NCBI GenBank assembly: GCA_951406725.2
Contig: OX597815.1
Location: 43,462,001 to 43,526,000 of the forward strand
Length of the DNA stretch: 64,000 bases
From: Octopus vulgaris
Taxonomy: Eukaryota
Direction of reading: 5' to 3'
Shown here: positions 54,145-64,000 of the stretch, piece after piece
Layout: every line of letters starts with the position of its first letter
Position numbering within the stretch: position 1 is the stretch's first letter
The notes under the pieces: model-generated
Databases searched by the model: none
What the model saw: only the letters and a program-made list of their open reading frames with translations
What the model was told of the DNA's origin: nothing
Position numbers and translations under genes: made by a program

Positions 54145-55345
54145 TCATCCCAAAAGTTCTGTCCGAATTTTTAATAAAGAAAACAAGTGATTCAGATGTT
54201 ATATTTAATTGAAATTTAATCATCAATGTACTTTCCATGATTATCTATGACTTCCTTCCATCTATTTACAAGCTTTTTGATCCCATCAATGTAAAACTCT
54301 TTTGGTTTCAAAGCAAAGAACTCTGAAATGTCAGCCTCGACCTCCTCCTGGCTTGCGAAAGCTATGTCCCCCAAATGATTCTGTAAACTACGAAACAAAT
54401 GGTAGTGGATGAGGAATTTTTTCCCAACCAAACACTTCGATCTTCTGTGATGTGATTTTTTCAGTGTGGGGTTGCGCATTATCCTGATGAAACATCACTC
54501 CTTTTCGATTCACTAAAGCATGCCTTTTTTCTTCAAAGCTTGGTTCAAACGCTCTAATTGCTAGCAGTAGACTTGAGCATTGGTTGTTGCATTAGGTGGT
54601 AACAATTCAAATAGAAGAATCTTTTCCAGGAAATTCCTTTCTCTGTTGTGGTTGAGCTTTTTCCCTTTTACCAAGCCACAGTTTACGACGTTTAACATTT
54701 CGATAGCAGATCAATTTTTCTTCACCAAAAAGAGTGAAATAAGTTCGCGAGAATGGAGAGAAGAGTAGATGTTTAACTCGAGATTTGCGGTTGCTTTTGG
54801 ACAATTCACGAGGCAACCATTTTCCAAGTTTAGGAAACTTTTCATGTTGTTCAAGATGACAATGAACAGTCGTATGGCTTGAACTAAGCTTTATCGTCAA
54901 ATCTTCAACTGATAATGCAGGATTTTCTTCAAGGAATACCCCAAGGAGCTTATCATCAAACTTAACTGGACGTCCTGTTCGATCTTCATCTTCAAGGCTG
55001 AAATCTCCACTTCTGAATTTTGTAAACCATCTTCTGCAAGTTCTTTCATTCAAGCATTCTTTCCTATAAATTGGGTGTATGTTTCGAGTCGCTTCGGCTG
55101 CAGAGTTTCCTTTTTTGCACTCATAAAGCACTATGTGCCTTAAATGTTCTTTGGATACTTCCAAGTTAGAAATGGTTTTAATCAAATAAATTTTGATTCT
55201 ATTATTCTGTAAAATAATATTTAATTAGTTTAAATGTACACAAATACATAAAAATAATATTTTATTCCATTAGATATTTTAAAATACTATTAAATTTCAT
55301 TCAATTTTTAAAAAAGGTAAAATCGAACAGAACTTATGGGATGAC

Positions 55346-55349
<4 letters not shown>
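54140..55349 (-). mobile_element. mariner (DD34D-type) transposon inside (TA)n
   Basis: ~30-bp TIRs TCAGATCATCCCAAAAGTTCTGTCCGA and TCGAACAGAACTTATGGGATGACCTGA, with TA on both sides. Confidence 0.93.
54216..55185 (-). pseudogene. mariner transposase, frameshifted, YSPDL motif deleted
   Basis: Translates HTH region RRWFTKFRSGDFSLEDEDRTGRP, WLPREL (cf. WVPHEL), FHQDNAQPH, YHLFRSLQNHL and GIKKLVNRWKEVIDNHGKYIDD. Confidence 0.92.
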
Positions 55350-55398
<49 letters not shown>

Positions 55399-56859
55399 GT
55401 GCGTGTCTTTGTGTCTGTGTTCGTCCCCACCTTCACCTCCACCACCACCACCACCACCACAACCACCATCGCTTGACAACCGGTTCGGCAACAAAGTGTG
55501 ATAGAATAAGTACCAGGCTTACAAAGATTGAGTCCTGGAGTCGGTTTCTTCGACTTAAAAACTCTTTAAGGCAGTGCTCCATCATGGTCGCAGTCAAATG
55601 ACTGAAACAGCTGAAATGATGAAAGAATAAAAGAATACAAGATAAATTCTTTAATTATTAAAATTGTTTTTGCCTCCAGAAAAGAAAGAATTACTTGGCG
55701 ATAATAGTTACCAACTGCAAATGGGAGTGGGAAGTAATTTCAAGAATCAGTTATTTTCTGAAATTATCTTGCCTTTAAGAAAAAGATAATCTGGTTGTCT
55801 TGATGGCATGTCAATTCCGGAAATTTTTAATTTTATTTCTGGAGATTATTTCCCCTTATATGTTTGTATATATGTAAGCGTATGTAAATTCGTATTGCTA
55901 GCTATCTACTTCTCTCTCTCTCTCTCTCTCTCACTCTCTCTCTCTAACTCTCTCTCTCCTCTTTCCGTCAAACTCTCTCTCTCTCACTCTCTCTCTCTCT
56001 AACTCTCTCTCTCTCCTCTTTCCGTCAAACTCTCTCTCTCTCTCTTTATCAGTCTCTGTATGTGTGCGTGCGCCATGATGGGTATATTGGGCCAAGCAAA
56101 AATCATCATCGTCCTTGTCGTTGCTGTAGTCGCCGCCGCCACCGTCGTCGTAGTCAACATCTTCATCATCATCATCATAATCATCATCATCATCATCATC
56201 AATAGCAACAGCAACGGCAAATACATTTGCAAAAACAAAAGCTACAGTAGCATTCAAAACGGTAGCATACAAGACAAAACAAAACAGAAAAAAAAATAAA
56301 AGCAATCTCACCTGCATCTCCTAAAATGCCTCCGAGTTATTACCCACCCCCTAAAAAAATTTTAAATACATGTAACTCCCTTGGACATGCTACGGCAATT
56401 GCCTTCCTCAAATACATCGTCTAGAGACGAAGTTGAATAAGAAAATATCCTTTGATCGAGTTTCGAAGAAAATCCTTAAAATCTGAAAAGTTAGCAGATG
56501 TAAAGTCACAGAGGAGAAGCATAAGAGCGTGACGGATCTGCCTGATGAAGATAATCAACATCAGCACACACAAGAACAAAACGCAATATTCCTCAACGTT
56601 ACAGTTGTTCACAAGAACAACAAGAAGTTGACAGAGTACATAAAATTATGAATATTACAAAACGAAGTAGAAACAGATGCGGTGGTGGAGGGGATGGAGA
56701 CACTCCTTTAGAAAGTATGCAAAAGATAGACTCGGGATGATGATAAGGATAAACAGAGACAAGAGTAAAGAAAAGAAACAGCAAAAATAAGAATAGTAAA
56801 GTTAGCAAGTAAAACAGTAAAAAATGTAGCAGCGAAATCGCCGATGAAAAAAGAGAAGA

Positions 56860-57215
56860 ATGAAAAAGAAAAAGTGGTGTCTTGAAGCAGGGTCACTTAC
56901 TGAACGACCATAGGTCACTAAACTTAGATGGAATTGTGATGAGCGAGACCAAATTTGCTGGGCCTCGCGCAGACGCGCTCGTTCTAGACGAGTACGTAAC
57001 TTACATTTCGCGCGGTTGAACTGTATCGCGTAGTATGACAGCATTGTACCAGAACATTGCTGTATCTCCAAGTAAAGATGATGTTGCTGATCTTGAATAG
57101 CAAGTCAGTAGAACTAGACGTGTGTGGCAAGGAATGCGATGTGTTGAGGCTGGTAGTCATTTATGTCACGACAGTTTCGGACGATCGAATTTTTTAAGAT
57201 GTCTAAAAAATTCCA
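56860..57215 (+). mobile_element. Decayed L1/Tx1-like APE endonuclease N-terminus (copy at 60035-60390)
   Basis: Translates LKQGHLLNDHRSLNLDGIVMSETK ... ELDVCGKECDVLRLVVIY. Confidence 0.55.
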
Positions 57216-59308
57216 CAATCTCCTTCAAACAGCGTGATCCCCATTTAAATCCTCTATTTTATATCTATCTCATTATGATAACATGCCTTGTATCTTGGGC
57301 TTTGAAATAAGCAAACAATTTGAACCTGCTAACCACCAAACAATAATTTTCAATTCCAGCATCTCAAAGATAGCGGTGACAGTGTAAATATGCAATTTTT
57401 TACAGTTTAAAATCTCTTTCTATTCTCAATGGTTAGCAGTATGGTTTCCAGCGAGTCAAATCTACTGGAGGTCTGCCAATCCTACACCAGACAGCGTCGA
57501 TCTCTTGCTCGTAAGGAATTTCAGCAAAAAGAATATTGATGCAATATGCATCAATTAAAGTTTTGTCATATCTGGAACAAAATTAACAAAATAAGCTCAA
57601 ATAACAGCTAACTATAAATTAGACTCAAAGAAATTTCAACTTGTCGTAGAAAAGCTAAAGAAAAGCTATTGTAAAAATGATTGCTTCTAGCAGAAAAGGA
57701 CATGGTGGATAATGTGGCCATGTCTTCCAGAAACATAAGGAAACCCCCCCCCCGAATAACTGCGACTGGAATGCTTCTGATCATAGATTTGCTCGGTTAA
57801 GATCTGGAGCTAAACAACAACAACAACAACAACAACAAAAACAACAATTTCCTATAATATTACCCAACGAAGCAACTTAATTTATATTAAGCAAAGAGAT
57901 GTTTCCTTGAGATAAATTATAGGATGTAAACTAGAATATTCTTTTTAACACAAAATGCGTTCGAATGTTACGCTTTTAAGAACTTTAACTATGGAATGAA
58001 ATTGAAGACAGTTCGGTGTTAAACGATATCATAAATGGGATGAAATCGAAGACATCATCGCAATGTTAACAAAATGAAACTGTTATAAATATTTATAATT
58101 TGAGTATCAAATTAGAAAAATATAGAATTCACAAAATGTAGGATGTCTACGAATCTCGTTAGTTGATAATAACTGAAGTATCCGTAGTTTTCTACCTTTC
58201 TACAATATATCTGCGTTAAGTATGATATACAGAATGCTATTTTGAACTAATAGCGCTTCTGTCACTAATAATGAATTTAAACCCTGCTATTTGCGACACC
58301 AGTGATTTGCTAATCGCTGTTTTTCTATATCAGTAGAAGCTAGATTTGAGTAAGCTTGCGGTAGCTAGAGGATGCATGCTACCGATGACCCTCAAAGAAT
58401 TTGAAATCTGGATTTAGGAATTCCACTGACGATGATGGACGGTTTTCATCTGCTACTGATACGACTCTATGCTTTTTCTCACTACGTGTCTGTACGAGGT
58501 GCTTTCTCGAGACGAATATCACAGTATGGCTACGTTAAGTAAGACATAGAGAAGGCTTCTTTTTTTAAATAACACTACTTCTGTCACTAATAACGAATTT
58601 TTAACCAGCCTACTGTAAGATATTCAGTTTGTTACATTATAATCATTATAATAAGCACACCATGCTGTAAAAATAAAGCTTGTAAAACAAATGCATGCTA
58701 CATGTTTCAAAATTTTCAAATTGAAAGTTTTTCTGTCTAATATATCTTTCATTTCTACCTTTTAATTTATCTTTCTTCCAATTTCACCCAACAAACAACC
58801 ATCAAATGTTTAGTTCAGGTCTTCCTGTAAAAGTATATGACTATTTAAACGCTTTCAAGTAAACTGACATGTGTCAAAAATAAAGCAGGCAGCATTTTAT
58901 TTCTTAGGCAACGCCGATTTCTGAAACATTAAACAATCCACTGCTGACATTTTTTCTTTTGTCAACATGTAGGTTTATTTTGATAACGCGCTGCCAATCA
59001 AAGCCTCATATGTTTTAGTATTTTGATAGATTTGATATGTGGCACACGAGATGAAATGCATAGTGGAAATTATAAATTGTAGTAGGGTAGTTATTAGTTA
59101 TTTTAAATCATCTTTATCTTTTTTATCCTTTACTTGTTTCACTCAGTGGACTGCGGCCATGCTGGAGCAGTCTTGAAGAGCATGTTGACTCCCAATACTT
59201 ATTTTCTAAAGGCTGGTAATTATTCCATGGGACTCTCTTTTGCCGAGCCGTTAAGTTTCAGAGACGTGAAACAAATCAACACCAGTTGTCGACCAGTACT
59301 AATAAAGG

Positions 59309-59356
<48 letters not shown>

Positions 59357-59692
59357 GCATATACGCACACACGCTATTATTTTATAGCTTTATCTACGTT
59401 GAGATCTATCATTCTAAAACAGAATTACACACGCATACATTCACAGACGCAAACGTGACTGTGGTTAAGAAGCTTGTTTCCCAACCACATGGTTCTCGGT
59501 TCAGTTCCACTGCATGGCACCTTGGGCAAGTGTCTTCTACTATAACCTCGGGCCGACTAAAGCCCTGTGAGTGGATTTAGTAGGTGGAAACTGAGAGAAG
59601 CCCGCCTTATATGTGTGTTATTATGTGTGTCTTTGTGTCTGTGTTTGTCTCCGCCATCATCGCTTGACAACCGCTGTTGGTCTGTTTACGTC

Positions 59693-59792
59693 NNNNNNNN
59701 NNNNNNNNNNNNNNNNNNNNNNNNNNNNNNNNNNNNNNNNNNNNNNNNNNNNNNNNNNNNNNNNNNNNNNNNNNNNNNNNNNNNNNNNNNNN
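59693..59792. other. Assembly gap (100 N)
   Basis: Run of 100 N, the conventional unknown-size gap. Confidence 0.99.
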
Positions 59793-62483
59793 CAACAAGA
59801 AGTTGACAGAGTACATAAAATTATGAATATTACAAAACGAAGTAGAAACAGATGCGGTGGTGGAGGGGATGGAGACACTCCTTTAGAAAGTATGCAAAAG
59901 ATAGACTCGGGATGATGATAAGGATAAACAGAGACAAGAGTAAAGAAAAGAAACAGCAAAAATAAGAATAGTAAAGTTAGCAAGTAAAACAGTAAAAAAT
60001 GTAGCAGCGAAATCGCCGATGAAAAAAGAGAAGAATGAAAAAGAAAAAGTGGTGTCTTGAAGCAGGGTCACTTACTGAACGACCATAGGTCACTAAACTT
60101 AGATGGAATTGTGATGAGCGAGACCAAATTTGCTGGGCCTCGCGCAGACGCGCTCGTTCTAGACGAGTACGTAACTTACATTTCGCGCGGTTGAACTGTA
60201 TCGCGTAGTATGACAGCATTGTACCAGAACATTGCTGTATCTCCAAGTAAAGATGATGTTGCTGATCTTGAATAGCAAGTCAGTAGAACTAGACGTGTGT
60301 GGCAAGGAATGCGATGTGTTGAGGCTGGTAGTCATTTATGTCACGACAGTTTCGGACGATCGAATTTTTTAAGATGTCTAAAAAATTCCACAATCTCCTT
60401 CAAACAGCGTGATCCCCATTTAAATCCTCTATTTTATATCTATCTCATTATGATAACATGCCTTGTATCTTGGGCTTTGAAATAAGCAAACAATTTGAAC
60501 CTGCTAACCACCAAACAATAATTTTCAATTCCAGCATCTCAAAGATAGCGGTGACAGTGTAAATATGCAATTTTTTACAGTTTAAAATCTCTTTCTATTC
60601 TCAATGGTTAGCAGTATGGTTTCCAGCGAGTCAAATCTACTGGAGGTCTGCCAATCCTACACCAGACAGCGTCGATCTCTTGCTCGTAAGGAATTTCAGC
60701 AAAAAGAATATTGATGCAATATGCATCAATTAAAGTTTTGTCATATCTGGAACAAAATTAACAAAATAAGCTCAAATAACAGCTAACTATAAATTAGACT
60801 CAAAGAAATTTCAACTTGTCGTAGAAAAGCTAAAGAAAAGCTATTGTAAAAATGATTGCTTCTAGCAGAAAAGGACATGGTGGATAATGTGGCCATGTCT
60901 TCCAGAAACATAAGGAAACCCCCCCCCCGAATAACTGCGACTGGAATGCTTCTGATCATAGATTTGCTCGGTTAAGATCTGGAGCTAAACAACAACAACA
61001 ACAACAACAACAAAAACAACAATTTCCTATAATATTACCCAACGAAGCAACTTAATTTATATTAAGCAAAGAGATGTTTCCTTGAGATAAATTATAGGAT
61101 GTAAACTAGAATATTCTTTTTAACACAAAATGCGTTCGAATGTTACGCTTTTAAGAACTTTAACTATGGAATGAAATTGAAGACAGTTCGGTGTTAAACG
61201 ATATCATAAATGGGATGAAATCGAAGACATCATCGCAATGTTAACAAAATGAAACTGTTATAAATATTTATAATTTGAGTATCAAATTAGAAAAAATATA
61301 GAATTCACAAAATGTAGGATGTCTACGAATCTCGTTAGTTGATAATAACTGAAGTATCCGTAGTTTTCTACCTTTCTACAATATATCTGCGTTAAGTATG
61401 ATATACAGAATGCTATTTTGAACTAATAGCGCTTCTGTCACTAATAATGAATTTAAACCCTGCTATTTGCGACACCAGTGATTTGCTAATCGCTGTTTTT
61501 CTATATCAGTAGAAGCTAGATTTGAGTAAGCTTGCGGTAGCTAGAGGATGCATGCTACCGATGACCCTCAAAGAATTTGAAATCTGGATTTAGGAATTCC
61601 ACTGACGATGATGGACGGTTTTCATCTGCTACTGATACGACTCTATGCTTTTTCTCACTACGTGTCTGTACGAGGTGCTTTCTCGAGACGAATATCACAG
61701 TATGGCTACGTTAAGTAAGACATAGAGAAGGCTTCTTTTTTAAATAACACTACTTCTGTCACTAATAACGAATTTTTAACCAGCCTACTGTAAGATATTC
61801 AGTTTGTTACATTATAATCATTATAATAAGCACACCATGCTGTAAAAATAAAGCTTGTAAAACAAATGCATGCTACATGTTTCAAAATTTTCAAATTGAA
61901 AGTTTTTCTGTCTAATATATCTTTCATTTCTACCTTTTAATTTATCTTTCTTCCAATTTCACCCAACAAACAACCATCAAATGTTTAGTTCAGGTCTTCC
62001 TGTAAAAGTATATGACTATTTAAACGCTTTCAAGTAAACTGACATGTGTCAAAAATAAAGCAGGCAGCATTTTATTTCTTAGGCAACGCCGATTTCTGAA
62101 ACATTAAACAATCCACTGCTGACATTTTTTCTTTTGTCAACATGTAGGTTTATTTTGATAACGCGCTGCCAATCAAAGCCTCATATGTTTTAGTATTTTG
62201 ATAGATTTGATATGTGGCACACGAGATGAAATGCATAGTGGAAATTATAAATTGTAGTAGGGTAGTTATTAGTTATTTTAAATCATCTTTATCTTTTTTA
62301 TCCTTTACTTGTTTCACTCAGTGGACTGCGGCCATGCTGGAGCAGTCTTGAAGAGCATGTTGACTCCCAATACTTATTTTCTAAAGGCTGGTAATTATTC
62401 CATGGGACTCTCTTTTGCCGAGCCGTTAAGTTTCAGAGACGTGAAACAAATCAACACCAGTTGTCGACCAGTACTAATAAAGG

Positions 62484-62531
<48 letters not shown>

Positions 62532-63009
62532 GCATATACGCACACACGCTATTATTTTATAGCTTTATCTACGTTGAGATCTATCATTCTAAAACAGAAT
62601 TACACACGCATACATTCACAGACGCAAACGTGACTGTGGTTAAGAAGCTTGTTTCCCAACCACATGGTTCTCGGTTCAGTTCCACTGCATGGCACCTTGG
62701 GCAAGTGTCTTCTACTATAACCTCGGGCCGACTAAAGCCCTGTGAGTGGATTTAGTAGGTGGAAACTGAGAGAAGCCCGCCTTATATGTGTGTTATTATG
62801 TGTGTCTTTGTGTCTGTGTTTGTCTCCGCCATCATCGCTTGACAACCGCTGTTGGTCTGTTTACGTCCCTGTAACTTAGCGATTTGGCAAAAAGACCGAT
62901 AGAATAAGTACTAGATTTAAAAATAAGTCCTTGTTCGACAAAAACACTTGAAGACGTTGCTCAAGGATGGTCACAGTGAAATGACTGAAACAAGCAAAAG
63001 AGTAAACGA

Positions 63010-63085
<76 letters not shown>

Positions 63086-63171
63086 TGTATATATATATGT
63101 GTGTGTGTGTGTGTGTAGATATATATATATACAGATACATATAGATATACATACATACACACACACACACA

Positions 63172-63226
<55 letters not shown>

Positions 63227-63228
<2 letters not shown>

Positions 63229-63482
63229 GTAAATATATGGCACAACGAAGTACCGATATTTACTGGAAATAGCGAACGTAATAATACGACGCTAATGTAT
63301 AGCTTCACCGCGTATGTACTATCTTTCAGATGTTCTCCCTGGAGGTAAGACAATTTTTTCTAGTTTGTTGCACACACGCATTTTTGCTAGTACATACGCG
63401 GTGAAGCTATACATTAGCGTCGTATTATTACGTTCGCTATTTCCAGTAAATATCGGTACTTCGTTGTGCTATATATTTACTT
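63227..63482. repeat. Fold-back element, 95-bp arms, 1 mismatch
   Basis: 63227-63321 versus 63388-63482, with a 66-bp spacer. Confidence 0.95.
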
Positions 63483-63548
63483 TTTTGTATATTTTTCCCT
63501 CACGGGCTATTCTTTACTGGAAAGCAATACTCTAGTATTGCATTACTA

Positions 63549-63604
<56 letters not shown>

Positions 63605-63630
63605 GCACACACACATATATATACATATAT

Positions 63631-64000
63631 ATACACGACGTTTGATCAAACAGTATCGGAGCTGTTGCTATAGAAACGGAGCTAAAGTACACAGTGAAGC
63701 TGCTTGGCACAGACTGACCTTGAACTCTGTCGCGCATGTACACTATGGTGTTATGTTTTCGGTTACCTTTGTTGCTTATAGTAATGCCTGAAAGTAAAGT
63801 ATGTAGAGTGTGGTGGTCTCAAAAAGGAAATCGGGTTTCAGCTGTACAGGATCTCATTGACTGTGTCGGGAAAGGCGAAAACTTTTTGAAAATGGTCGTA
63901 ACAGATGACAAGTGGTGGGTCTATGGCTATGAACCCGAAATTAAGTCTCAGTCTGCAGAGGAAGACCACAAAATTTTAAGGCGTCAAAGAAGTCCAAGAC
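63631..64000 (+). mobile_element. Internally deleted mariner relic, cut by the window end
   Basis: Translates FLKMVVTDDKWWVYGYEPEIKSQSAE (cf. IVTGDETWVYxYEPExKxQSxEW). Confidence 0.75.

Larger units (their letters stand above)
56618..62867. repeat. 3,075-bp direct duplication flanking an assembly gap
   Basis: 56618-59692 equals 59793-62867 (offset 3175; the ORF track repeats exactly). I saw no differences. Confidence 0.95.

Noticed and set aside
55931-56317. ORF resembling a signal peptide plus poly-Asp (biomineralisation-like)
   Set aside because: The Asp run comes from a (GAT)n repeat and the tail from (GA)n; there is no support beyond low complexity.

Overview
This is AT-rich eukaryotic DNA dominated by microsatellites and transposon remnants. 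It is most likely intronic or intergenic sequence from an octopus (inferred from the tRNA-derived SINE families and the extreme (TA)n/(TACA)n/(CA)n density). I can support no host gene, rRNA, true tRNA or CRISPR array; most of the supplied ORFs are microsatellite artefacts. The window holds three or more tRNA-derived SINE families, four Tc1/mariner-superfamily relics, MITEs, a complete non-autonomous Helitron, non-LTR fragments (CR1-like, RTE-like, L1/Tx1-like, R4/Dong-like, HERO-like) and Penelope-like (PLE) remnants. A 3,075-bp apparently identical duplication flanks a 100-N gap and is probably an assembly artefact. The most notable observations are: (1) a type I hammerhead ribozyme with an intact core at 5997-6080 (-), plus three degenerate relatives; (2) an RLE retrotransposon found twice inside (TACA)n tracts, suggesting a tetranucleotide target; (3) several otherwise unrelated fold-back elements sharing one short core motif; (4) recent template-switch-like inverted duplications. 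All coordinates and mismatch counts were read by eye, and ends without a TSD or TIR are approximate.
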